Assembly: GCA_027604505.1 (NCBI GenBank)
Contig: JADIIX010000055.1
Coordinates: 1 to 64,000 of the forward strand
DNA: 64,000 bases
Direction of reading: 5' to 3'
Source of the DNA: Gonapodya sp. JEL0774
Lineage: Eukaryota
Positions within the stretch are counted from its first letter, which is position 1, and each line of letters begins with the position of its first letter. Under the pieces are notes generated by a model that was not told the origin of the DNA, did not search any database, and worked only from the letters and a program-made list of their open reading frames with translations. The position numbers and the translations under genes were made by a program. This document shows positions 51,621 to 64,000 of the stretch, in pieces.

Positions 51621-53575
51621 CTACCTCATGTGACTGGAATTTGCACTCTGTCGGAAGTCTGTAGCGAACTGCCCATCCCCTGCATTGGCGATTCGCCTCG
51701 ATTGCGGGGAAGATACTCGAGTAGAATTTGATCGACCAAGATCAGTGGAAGGGTAAAGTGGCTGTTGATGGGAGTTGTTGGGCCGGGAACTCGAAGAAGC
51801 AGTTGCTCCTGTATTTGAGTTTGTTAATGCCGGATACGCAGAAAGCTGCTTAGGCGGTGGTGGCGAAGACGAACTAGAGCCATTCCACAGGTTCTGATCA
51901 ATTATGTTTCCGAAGTTGATCTCTGTCTCAGCACGAAGACTGCTGCTTTGGTTTTCGGGAATGCTTGGATAGCTGGATTCAATGGGCGATAGAGGGCGGT
52001 TTGTTCTGCCCGTATTTACGGCGTCTGAATGGCGATGATCGACCACGTAGTTCGGAGAAAATGGATTCGTGCTGAACCCTCCAGTGGGAGACGATACAAC
52101 TGGATCCGCAGGTAATGGCCGGCCGCCCGCAATCGGGTTCGCCGATCGCAATCCAGATGCTCCGTCAGCTGTGGAGGCAGATCTTGGTACAGCGGGATAA
52201 AGCGACTGGACGTCGGAGGCAGGTGGGATTGGGAGCGGTGCCGAAGTGGCGGCGGCATACGACGGTTGTTGATGGGCATATGAATGCGAGATACCAGAGT
52301 TTGAAACTATCCTAAAAGGGTTTCCAGATGAAGGTGTAGGTGGTAGAGAGGAATTTGCGATCTGCTCAACACGAGATGCCTGCACTCAGCGAACTGATTA
52401 AACTTGTGGTAACGTATGACGAGAAGATACAGCAACAATGTATGCCTCACCCTCTTCCGTATGTCCGGAACTAGATTCTTGTGGAGAGGTCGCTGTATCG
52501 GATTCCCCAAGAATGCAGCCATCTTCGAAGAAACAGAGCGTGGATTCCGAGAACACTCTGTATCCAATCCAAAGACGTATTTTATAATTTCTCTGCTCAC
52601 AAGAACTGATCATAAGATGATGAGAACGCATACCAGAAATGTACGAGATCTCGGGCTTCGACAGTTCGATGATTTGGTAGAAAATGTCCTGAACACCTAT
52701 CCGTCCATCCGGGTGGCGAGTAGCCCCGGGTTCCGTGGAAGCCCCCGAGGGTAGGGGATCGTGAATATAAAGAGCATCGAAGAAGAACTTGCCGGTGCCA
52801 TACAGCGCTTCAAGGATCTGAATTCACGGGTGAGTACCTGTTCACGTAAACAACAGGGATCAAAGACGACAAACTCTGTGCTCATCCGGGATCAGTATTT
52901 TCCACAGCATCGTCGAGCGTCCTAGCACTAGCAAACATCTGATTATGAAAGGTGTTTCAATAGTGGGGAGACCGACTTTGTTCTTACTGAACGGGGGAGC
53001 GAGTCGACGTGAGGTGCTGGAACCTTAGGAGGACAGCACAAAGTACTAAACTTACATCATCTTGAATACACTTCCGGGAACTTTGAAAGCAGAAACACGT
53101 GAGCCCTTCCAAGAAGCTGAGGGGTACAAGCAACTCACCGAAACTATCGAATCTCGTGTCATGAATCATTTCTCGAATGGTATCGAGGGAGTCAAAAATA
53201 GCTCGGTGGTCTGACGAAAAGTCGAAAAACCTGCCGTGATCGAAGAGGATGAATCAATCCTGAGTGTCGACGATCAAGCTCACCAAGCCACACCACTCAC
53301 CACTCTGCCTCTTCACCTAGATACGCTATCGCAAAACTGTGCTTGGAGTTAAGGTACAGCTTGAGGTGGACAAACCGCTTGAGATTCTCCACAACGACAT
53401 TGATTCTGGATATGTTATCATTCATTTGCTGCAGCATTTCCGAATCAAGATCGATACAGAGCACGATGCGCTCCGGTAGAAATGGAGAAACGGCCATTAG
53501 TGTGATCGTATTGGGAAGTTCAATTTGTTTAGCGTACGTAGTATGTGGAGCAAGAAAGCCCTCATCAAGTGCCAT
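51621..53575 (-). CDS. BABAM1/MERIT40-like VWA-domain protein with long low-complexity C-terminal tail
   Basis: PERIVLCIDLDSEM, LKRFVHLKLYLNSKHSFA, EAEWFFDFSSD, FFFDALYIH, VQDIF, MAAFLGNPIQRP (cf. MERIT40 PEKVIICLDLSEEM, FFFDVVYIH, MAKLLAHPLQRP). Confidence 0.78.
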
Positions 53576-54041
53576 GTGGACACCGCGAGCGGCTGCAGTC
53601 AGTGAATGGTCTATTTAATACTTTACATAAATTGCGTGGTGTGTCAATGACGCAAGCTGGTATGAAAGCAAACAATGCCAGTATATACTGTACGTTGGTT
53701 TGATCAAAGGGAATCGCATCAAGTTGGTTCATGATACAGGTTTGACCGGAAAACTATTCCATCAGAGGCCTTGCTAAGGATGACATGCCAACTTGCTCAG
53801 ATAGTTTTATGGTGTCCGGCTCTGAGCTTTGAAATCAAACGAGTGGGGCTGCCGGCTTTGGTCCACGGCCCGAGCACAGTACCGAAAAGGGCACTTTCAA
53901 GTTCCAATTCACTGTCATGACGTCTATTCGTATAACGTTATTGTGGTGTTAATTTGAATAAAATATTAGGGAATAAAGCAGAACGACTGATAGCCAATTG
54001 CCACCACCACCATTAACTGCAGCTCCCCCTTGAGATTCTGA

Positions 54042-56181
54042 ATGGACCTGCAGAATGCAGATAGTGAAAAATCCTCAGTTTCTCATATCCATCACCATGG
54101 TGGGGAAGAATTACCTGCAATTAGCGAGCGCCTGCAGTTAGCGAGCATGAATGTCCAAAGAATCACCACAGCTCCGGTTCATATTTCAGACCCCAACATA
54201 TAATCATCAATCAAGAGGGGGATGGTTGAAGTGAAGGAAACGTTGGACGCTACTTACACAGAAACAGACGATGGCGATCGAACACTCAATAATTACGTGA
54301 GCAGTTTTCGTTCTTCTGTGGGATTGATATTGTTCGTCTTCACAATTTTCTCGACTCGGCTTTGGTCTCCATTTTGGTCCCACGCCGCCGCCACCTGCAG
54401 AGTCTCACAAAAGTCCTTGGAAGTGGATCTTTTGGTGTCGTTTAGTGCGTGTCTTGCTGCCATTCGCCGATGTGATCAGGTCAACAGACGTTTGCCATCT
54501 CAGCCTCGGCCTGGACACCACAACTGGGGAGAGATACGCGATAAAGGAGTTCTCAAAAACTCGTCTTCGCAAAAAGGACATGTTTTCGCGACAAGCATTT
54601 GGATTCCGCGGCCGAGGGCGTGGACGTGGGAGGGGCTCTGGACCACCCCAACCTCCTCCCAGCGCGATCGAATACATTCGCGGAGAGGTTGCAATTTTGA
54701 AGAAGTTAAATCACCCCAATATTATCAAACTTTATGAGGTTATGGACGACCCGCGACAGGATTCACTCTACATGGTCATGGAACTATGCGAGAAAGGGGT
54801 TGTGATGGATGTCGGCTTAGATAAGACTTGCGATCCATATTCGGAGGCTGATGCCCGAGACTTATTTCGCCAAACCGTCTTGGGAATTGAATACCGTGAG
54901 TTTGGAGCGGCTTTTCGTAAGCTCAACGTGTCCTGCGACTGATGATTGCAACTTCAGTGCATGAACACGAAATTTGCCACCGTGATATCAAGCCCGACAA
55001 TCTCCTGCTGAACGCCAATAACGTTCTTAAAATTGTTGATTTCGGAGTCTCCGAAATGTTTGTCGGTTCTGGAAACGATCGGTCCAAGAAGTCAGCGGGC
55101 TCTCCGGCCTTCTTCGCTCCCGGTGGGCTTTGAATGCCGATTTGTTACTAGTTAAAATTCATTGACTGGTCAGATCGCTCTTCTTCTGTTCACAGAGATG
55201 TGCGTCGCCCAGCATGGTGAAATGTCAATGAAGGCCTGCGATGTTTGGGCATTAGGGGTGACCCTTCATTGCCTTGCCTTTGGCAAGCTCCCTTTTATTG
55301 CTTCTTCTATTCTTGAATTATACGAGGTCGTGCGTACAGTAATGTGGGTGTTTTAACTGGACATGTTCACACAGAGCCAGCTGACGGTCCAATCGCAGAC
55401 CCCAATTTCCCGCGACAGCCTCCCCAGAACTGCAGGATTTGTTGTCGCGAATGCTTGAGAAGGATCCAACTCGGAGGATCACTGTACCCGAAATAAAGGT
55501 TCTGGGGACTTACGCTGAAGTCACGGAACAACATCTGACGGCCTTTCATTGGTCTTGATAGGCACATCCTTGGCTAACTCAAGGTGGCAAGCAAAATCTT
55601 CCTTCAACTCACGAGAACACAGAGGCTATTGGCACTCGTGTAACACATATAACCGAGGACGATATGTGAGATCTCACAGTGGTCCAACGATTCACGTCTG
55701 TTCTCACCTGCAGGTGTCCATCAGGCGCCATGCTATCCACACCCTCTCTTTCCGCCAGATCGCCGCAGTTATTCGTGCTGCGCAGAAATTTAAGCACTTG
55801 GCCACCCGGACACCTTCCCCCACGACTCCCCCAAAATCCCCAGCAGTAGAGAGTCCCAGAGTTGGGAGTCCTGCCAGCCTGGGTAGCCTTGGAAGCCCTG
55901 GTCTTACTGGGGGACACTATGGCAGTCCAAGCATAACGGGTGCTATGAGCTTATTAAACTTAAACTTGAGCATGGGGTGAGGTCAGCGCGTGGGTCTCGA
56001 ATTTCGCCATTGCTGAGTCCTGCGTTTCTGTGGTAGGTCCCTTCACTTAGGTCCACCAGGCAGAGACCTTCTTCAATCAGGCAGCTCACGAAGCAGCTTT
56101 GACGACCCCATAATCAGATCTGGGACACCAGAAGCTATTGTTCAACGAGTTTCAGACCCAAAAGCCTTCACGGGAACATGA
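54042..56181 (+). CDS. CaMKK-family Ser/Thr kinase; start either 54042 (needs an intron) or 54222
   Basis: [16 protein letters not shown], Arg/Pro-rich insert, [65 protein letters not shown]-terminal [12 protein letters not shown] amphipathic segment. Confidence 0.92.
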
Positions 56182-56254
56182 TATCAAAATACTGGATCTA
56201 AATGTAACATGACACCTCAATTTAATGAATTAAAGCAACTTCAATGTTGAATCC

Positions 56255-59200
56255 TCAATCACTCTTATTATTCTGCTGGTCTTCGCCTCCCAGTTTGCCA
56301 CCAGCAAGACCAACAAATCGTTGTAGACTTGTCGTCGAATCTACAACAGCGTCCGTTAAGCTCTGCAAAATACTCGTTGACCATTGGTTCCATGCATAGT
56401 CTGGTTGCATCATGGATTGCTCATTCGTGGCACTACGATTGGCAGCTTGAATTTGCTGCATTTGAGCAGGTGTGGCTACCTCGTTATTAGGAGGCGTGGC
56501 GATCCCTATGTAAGGTCTCTCAAACATGCCATCGTTGTCACACATATCTTCCTCCAAAACCTCGTTGGATCCAGGCAGGGAGTCCCTGGGAGGCAATAAT
56601 CCCACAGACTCCCCAGGTTCGATATGGTGTTCAATGTTCCTCCCTGTCACATCGTTCATCTCAGATTGGTCGGAACCCGCAGAGTCGCTCTCCTCCGTCA
56701 CATCAGATCCAATAAAAGACAGGTTTGGATGAGAGGCGGACGACTGTAGGGTTCCACGCAGTCCAAATGGAGTGAATGTGTGAAATGGACGAGACGGACT
56801 ATGAAATGAGCGCGCTGAAAATCGTCTATGAACGCGCGGATGTGCAAAGTACGAAGGGTCTGGTAGCTCGATGAGACCTGCCAGCAACCAGACCTGTCAG
56901 CATTACCAGTTCGATCGTTTGATGCACAAAATCCATTACCTGCAGCGACACTCAGTCTTCGCATTCCGGGACGTAATGGTAGATCAGCGCTGTTGTGCGA
57001 TTCAGCTAACGAGTCTCTCATTCCCATATCGCCGTCCCCCACCGAACTATCGATGCTGGGAGCATCAGATTGTGTCGAAATCGATTCTCGATGTATATTG
57101 CGCCTTGAAGAGTTGATTACTTCCGTGGGCAGTGGCAATCTGTTGTCCCCAGGTGTAGTTTCAAACAAGGTGGTGGGACTGGGACTTCGGGTTGGAGAGG
57201 ATAGCTCGTCAGTCAATGAACTAGTATGGTCTGGTTCTATGGGAGGGTCTTTGAAGTATTCCACCCAGCTTGCTCGGTTATCGACCAGGTTCTGAGAAAA
57301 TATATCGAGAATAGGCAAGAAGTCGGCGAGCACATCGAAAAATGGTTTAGAAACGAAGTCAATAAAGCCAAGAGCTATTGTCAACTGGCTCGCAGTGTCA
57401 CGATCCATGTTGGGGGATACAGGCAAACCGAGAACCTTCTCTTGTTCACCCTGAGCGAAAAATTCTTCAACAACGAGTGTAGACCATTTTTTGCAGATTG
57501 GCCATCTTACAAATCGTAGGTGTAAATAACACTTCACAGAAACACATACAGAATCACACTCACGGTCTACCCGCATTACTGATATCTGCAGCATGTAAGA
57601 CCGCGCACAAAAGCAAGTGCCTGTCTGATCTTTCCAACTTCCGACTCCCCTCGGGGGTGGTGATCGGTGCGGGAACGGATCCTGCAGATACCGGCCGGTC
57701 CATTGAGTGCCCTGCGAACGGTTGTCGATCATGATTCTCAGTTTCGACAACCTCTGACGGCACACGAAAATGAATAGTGGATACTCTGGCAACAATGTCC
57801 TGGGCCAACACAGCCGGCTTTACAGAGGGTTTAATTGGAGTAACACCCACAGGTTTGACCTCTATCGATGTTGTTTGTTGGAAACCACCTGAAGGCGATG
57901 GATTTGTGCTCGACCGAAACACCGCGCCAGTTTCTCCCTTGTGTTCAGATGCATCTTCATTCATCTCAAATTTTTGGGCCAATGCATCAAGCCTCTTCAC
58001 TAATTCAAAGTGGACCTTCATGTCCGTCTCTAGAACGCACTGTGCAACCAGCTTGTCAGCAGCAATAGTAGCATCCCCCACGCGCGAGCGGGTTAACGCG
58101 CTAGGACCTCCTGCGCCCTTTCGAGACTGCCGCCGGGAACCGTGACCGGATTGTTGGTGCTGAGAGCGAGAAGTGGGCGAATGCAGGATAGAGCCCACAG
58201 GAGCCGAAGAGATGGTTGTCAGAGGATCTTCCAAAGTTTCGTTAGAGGGAGGCAGTATGGTGGTGTGTAGGGGTGACGGTTGAGAAGGAGGATTCGTATA
58301 GCTTGTTGGCATTGGTGTGAAACCTGTTGCAAATGCAGAGATGTGCTTCCGATTCTGCGTTGATGATCCAGAATCTGCAGCGTTGGATTGATTCATCCAC
58401 CGAACTGTAGATGATCGAGAGGCCCACGTCACAGAAGATCCAACATTTGAGGTTGAGGTTGAGTTATGTGGGGACATTGCCAATGGTGTATGATCAACCG
58501 ATCGAGACTCTCGCAATCCTGTGGTTTCACCAAGAGGTGTCCTCAAACTTTCAAAGTTGCCGGAGTTGTTGCTCAAGCGAGTATCCAGCGCCGAGTTATC
58601 ACGAGTATGGTGGGAAAGTGGAGGAATGTCCGACACGTCAAACGGGGATATCACGGAGTCCTTCTCTGGGTACCTCGTTTGTGAGGCATTAAAAATCGAA
58701 TTAGAGCCCATTGCCGAGAACGAAATAGGGGATGTGATATTTGGTGCGGCAGCCCAATTAAAAGTCCCGGATGGCTGTGACCATGTGAATCCTCCATCTT
58801 CATCCTCATCAAACAAGAGCTTGCGAAAAAGATCATATTTCCGTATAAGATCCATCAAAAAGTCCAGCGACTGGTTTTCGAGGACTGAGATGTTATTGTA
58901 TCTGGCGGCAACCTCCGTACGCGCGTTGATTTGAAACAGGTTGGAGGTTCCTGGGTGAAGAACATCGTGGCCGAGAGCGGCAACAAGAACAGCGCACACC
59001 TCCAGTTTGGAGAAGTATATACTGATTTGATATTCGGTCAAAATGTAATATGTCTTGATGCGAGATTCGGCTACGTTGGACCTCATTGGATGCAGGAAGG
59101 AACTCTCTTCTCGACACTCACAACGAAAGTAACGTCAACAGCGTGGTGCCAATTATGATACGGATTATCCAGATAGCTCTGAGAGATCTCATGGATGAAC

Positions 59201-59726
59201 TCCAGCAAAAGTTTAAGCTTCATAGGACGATTCACCAGGCCTAATCGGACAAAGATTCCCGCGACAATTGCGTATAGGTCTACTCCATTGAAAGTGCCAA
59301 GAAGATGAGGTCCGTTGTACAGTTTAGATAACCGTGATACATTGGGAATTGTTACGGCAAGTGTCAAAAGCGAAGTAGTTACCGTCATTTGACCACGCAA
59401 AAGGGTCGAATGAGAAGTCCACTCCTTCTAAAGTACCATCGACGAAGGCTTGCAAAGTAGGAAGGATCGTGTCGAGGTCCGGGGATAATGAAGAATTTTG
59501 AGTGAACACTGGGGGACCAGCAGCTGTGAGGGGATTCGAGTTTGGTGGCACGACGGACATGAGCGAAGATGGAAGAACGCCAGAGGCGATCGTGGCAGAA
59601 GAGCGCGTCGCAATTGTATCTGACGTGTCAGAGGTGAGCTTCACATATAGTTGAGCCAGCAATGTGTATTTCATTCTCAACCCGGGAAAGACAAAGACAA
59701 ATAGACTTCTCACGGGAACTTGCCAT
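56255..59726 (-). CDS. Class I 3',5'-cyclic nucleotide phosphodiesterase (HD domain), multi-exon
   Basis: NPYHNWHHAVDV, AALGHDVLHPG.SN, YNNISVLEN, ETDM..HF, LHAADISN, EEFFAQGEQEK.LGLPVSPNMDR, GFIDFV. Confidence 0.92.
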
Positions 59727-60092
59727 GAAATTTTGCTCTACGGAACTTCCTTGCTATGAAGTGGCAGTTCCTGGTAGCCAATGGGAAACGAGGCAAAACA
59801 TATGGGTCGTACCACTTGCTTGTATCATTTCATACTCTGTTGCTAGATTCGTAACTGTGCAAAATGATAACTCGACGATTTTACAGTAATGCATGGAAAA
59901 GCAACAGCGAAAGAGTTGGGCGAAGATTGTCCGATCAAAACCTGTGAATACAAAACATATTCCCACCACTACAGTGACCCCCTATCGTCATAACCACGCT
60001 TCCATCCGACACTTTAAATCGGCCCTCCAGCTTGGGACTCGCTTTCAGTCACTCGGTGCACCTGTGTGGTTCACTCGTTCATTATCACCACA

Positions 60093-63000
60093 ATGGATCG
60101 ATCCATCAGAGACTCTGCAGACTACTCTGTCAAATCCTTCATGTCAACAGGATCAGACTCTCCTGCCCATTCGGGATTTGTATCGGTCAACTCAAAGAAT
60201 TTCGATGCCTCAGCTCTTGTTCACCACTGGCCCACAGTGAACGGGTCATACTTCCTGCCGGGAACAGTCCTCCCTGGTAAGACGGCCTCCCCGCAGCGGC
60301 TCGCGATGATCTGAAGATCTAATTTTCCGCATTCTACATTGATTGTCCTTGACTGTTGTGGACTCAATCTGGTTTCTCGTGTTCGTCACCCCAAAAAGTC
60401 AACACCATCTACGGCCGCACCTATGCATTGTTCAACGGGGGGGTTCAAGTTCCCCTCACTGGCTCAGGCTGTGCCATTCTTGAAGCAGGAGGTACTTACA
60501 CAGCGGAGAGCATCCATTCAGATGCTCTTTTGCCTCAACAGACTGGTGCGATGTCCAGCCAAGGTGCAAACAAGGGAAGCAAGATGCAGCTCAAGGTTTG
60601 TCTCCGCTCGTTGGCTTCAACGAAAAGAAATGAAAACGTCTATTTTTGTTTTCGACAGAAGCTCTCTCGTGACGCTTCAGAATCGGGTACCCTCAAGCGT
60701 ATGGGTTCCGAATTCACGACTAGAATGAAAACGCTCAGTAAACTAGCCCTCTCTGTCGATCCATCCGCGACCCGAAGCTTAGATGTCATGAATCCAAAAC
60801 ACTCCGGAGATGGTGCGACCACCAAATCGCAAACGCTGAATCTCATGGACACGGTCCGTGTGGGACAAAAGTCCAAGCGCCCCACTGCATCCGGTGCCGT
60901 TTTCACAGATGTGGCAGTCAGCGAAAATTCACATTCAGAGTTGCCGAACAGTCACCAGGCAGTGCCAGCGAAGTTTATGTCGGTTGACCGGCTCTCTGAT
61001 TTTACAGGAACAGTCCGTGCTCGCGGGGGATCAATACGAAACAATGTGCCTCAGCCTCTATCTCCTCTGTCCCCCCTCTCTCCCACGCAACATCCTCGGA
61101 CACCCTCTTCAGCATCAAACTCCGCTCCATTCGATGGGGAACAACCCACCCATTCATTCCCTGACCTACGCTCTCCGACCTCAGGGGAAGTTATGGGATC
61201 ACGTAGTCGTAGGGGTACTGGTTCAAATCGGCCAGAAATAGGATCAGCACCTTTGGGTCCGTCCGAATCAATCGAAGCCGCTAGTCCAGAATTCGGCGTC
61301 ACTGAGCTCCCTCCTGACTCTCCCAGTACTGCTGTGATATCACCCACCTCTGCTGGAAGCCAAACCTCGCCAACTTCTCCCGCCACAGCCGTCCGGTCGC
61401 CAAGAGTCTCAAATGCTCATGTTGCAACGCACACAATCACAACGGCCCCCCCGCGTGAATCTAGCCAAGCGCGTCTTTCACCGACCCCTTGGGAGGACGA
61501 GGCGGACTCTGTGGATGTTGGATCACAGCCTGGCACCGCGATAACGGTCACAACGTCTGAATCGCGACGTGCCTCGAACGGCTCATCACATTTTGCTGGT
61601 AGTGCAAGCCCCAGTCACGCAGCACTCCCGCGGTGGTCGATGGATATGGACTCAGATTCGATACGAACCCCTTCAATCTCGCGGATGTCTGTGCCCCTAC
61701 CCAGTCCTGACGATTGCGCGAGAAAATATGTATCTACGGGGTCCACACCGAGGACCTTCGGCATTTTCGGGAAGATCACAACCGCCGATATTCTCGCTAA
61801 CGTAGATAAGGTATCCGGTGCGGCCACTATCACCGGAGTCGATTACAATGGTCAAAGAAGGGACGGAAGAAAGTGGTGCTCTCTAGAAGATTACTTTTTG
61901 ACATTTCACGAAACAGATGATGAGACGGTGAGTAAACGGTGGAATGAAGTTGAATGAAAAGGCACCTGCGCAGCTAATGCCCGCAAATTAGTCACCAGTG
62001 GCGTTTAGTTTCCCTGTTGAAAGCGTCGATTTTACGAGAGAAACCTTCAGTATGGACGGGTTTGCGTTTGACTTAAAACATCATGGCGGATCTCTCTCGC
62101 TCTTGGTACCAACGAAGGAGTCGCTCATTCAGTGGGTTGGCTCTATCAACACTGCCGTGAACAATATCTTGTTAGGATTCGGACTTGCTGGAATACAAAG
62201 GAAGTTTGAAGAGACTTCGGGTGTGTTCCACATTTGTGGGAGGAAGTGACATGCGTTGACTTCAATTATTATTCCAGGCGACCCAGACGAACTATTTCCC
62301 ATGGAGTTTAGCCGATTCATGGCAAGAATGCAGAATCAAGAACAAAGCCGCAAGCGGCGATCACGGAATATCGACGAGGAGGGAGGAGGGGAAGGCACAA
62401 ATTCGGAGGCGCAAGAAACCGCCAACACCGATGATCTTAACGAAGATGCAGTTGTTGGGAGCCTTATAAGACAGATAAGTACAAATTTTTTGAGTGGTGG
62501 GGACACCATTCGATACCAGAAGGGACCAGGTTTGTGCCTTTGTAACTTGTCAAAGTCGATTATCAGTCTTGTAATAATTTGGATCTCGCTTCGAAGATGG
62601 AATCGAAAGTACTTCCATAATTGTGGCTGCGACCCTGGATAAGCTCATTGAACGATTGTCTGGAGAACGAATGGACACCGATTTCGTCGAAAATTTCCTT
62701 CTATGCTACAGGCACTTCACGGATTCTGCAACCGTGCTTTCGAAGCTTATCCAACGAATGTGTGTCCAACCACCACCTGGTGCGACTAAGGACCAAACGG
62801 ACTACGTGCGGCATTGGAGAGCACTGGTCAAGCTCCGTGCTGCGATGGTCGTAGCCAAGTGGATTGAGGGTTTTTGGGCAGACTTCATCGCACCTGAATC
62901 GTCACGCAAACTCGCTAACTTCTTGAAACGTCTAAGCGAGTGTAACTCGACAAATGAAGAAGATCGCCGCCACGAGCTTAAGTTCAAGGTGGACTTCGAG

Positions 63001-64000
63001 CAAGTGGTTGAGGTTTTGAAGGCAACCATGGGGACTGCGGAAAAGAATCATAGACGACGAATGCAGGCCGCAGCCAAGGTGTCTGAAAGTGTACGGCGAC
63101 ATGGGTTGCCAGAATTCATTGATATGGAGCCGAAGGAAGTCGCACTACGGTTAACACTTCTGGAACACGAGAAATTTCGAAGGGTTCGGCCGATTGAGTT
63201 CGTTCTTCAGATTTGGGGCGACCAGAAAGACACCAACGTGCTTCTGGAAACCAAAAATATTCGAGAAATGATCGACTCGTTCAACCACGTCAGTTATTGG
63301 GCCGCAACGGAAATAGTTACCCAACCGGAAATCAAGAACAGAATGAAAGTTGTCGAGAAGATGATAAAAATCGCGAAGGTGATTTCCAGTTGCTTCCCCT
63401 CATCATTCCATCAAAGCTGCAAATTTAATAAACATGACAGGAGCTCCGCCGCCTTAACAACTTCAACTCTCTGCTCGCCGTCGTGTCTGGGCTCAATAAT
63501 TCCTGCGTGTCTCGGCTTAAATCCACGTGGGAAGCGCTTCCCTCAAAAGTCATTGAGGCACGTGCTGAGCTCGAGAGGGTTGTGAACCCTGAAGGCAATT
63601 TTGGGGTGTACCGGGGCATCTACTCCTCGTTTCAGAGGGGTGACGTTGACTCCACAGGTGTTTCATCTGCTCCAGCATCAGCAAAACCGTTCATCCCCAT
63701 ATTCAGTCTCATCATGAAAGATTTCCTCTTTGTAAATGATGGCAATCCGCGATTCGCTGATGAATCGGGCCCAGCACCTCTTATCAACTGGGCAAAACTC
63801 ACAATGATTTCCGAAGCAGTGCGGACAATCGAGCGTCTGCAACGTACGCCCTACACCTTCCCGGACGCATTCTCCACTGATATGCCGCAAAATTATTACC
63901 AGACACTGTCGGACAAGGTGCTGTACAAGTACTCGCAACTATGTGAAGCAAGGGCGGGAGAGTCGAGTACCACGAGGCTAGTAGACAAGGTGGGTCGCGC
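60093..64000 (+). CDS. Ras guanine-nucleotide exchange factor (PH-like + REM + Cdc25 domain), incomplete at window end
   Basis: PH-like ...LLVPTKESLIQWVGSIN; REM AATLDKLIERL...FLLCYRHF; Cdc25 EVALRLTLLEHEKFRRV, FNHVSYWAATEI, NNFNSL..VSGL, RLKSTW, PFIPIFSLIMKDFLFVNDGN, INWAK. Confidence 0.92.

Overview
Gene-dense, intron-rich eukaryotic genomic DNA with short GT-AG introns (mostly ~55-110 nt). It looks like an early-diverging, probably zoosporic, fungus. This is inferred from a fungal-type 2-spectrin-repeat alpha-actinin and Nud1/Cdc11 occurring together with genes yeasts lack (PPP2R3C, BABAM1-like, FAM177-like). About 21 spliced protein-coding genes could be assembled by eye, in order: NIPA-type Mg transporter (partial), PP2A B''gamma, TBC protein, MCM6, tetraspanin-like, Rab GGTase alpha, NmrA-like, Sec16, Prx5-type peroxiredoxin, FAM177-like, forkhead TF, NDUFAF6, Nud1/Cdc11, AP-1 sigma, Rtr1/RPAP2, alpha-actinin, citrate synthase, BABAM1/MERIT40-like, CaMKK, class I PDE and a PH-REM-RasGEF (runs off the end). 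No rRNA, tRNA, CRISPR array or transposase was recognised, and I found no clear multi-gene novel system. The most notable items are a PDE lacking the 'invariant' Gln placed head-to-head with a RasGEF, a Sec16 carrying OCRE-like and zinc-ribbon modules, a BABAM1-like protein with an NPF/YP-motif tail, a FAM177-like gene absent from the ORF track, and a palindromic foldback repeat in the NIPA intron. Gene boundaries are manual estimates; no database searches were run.
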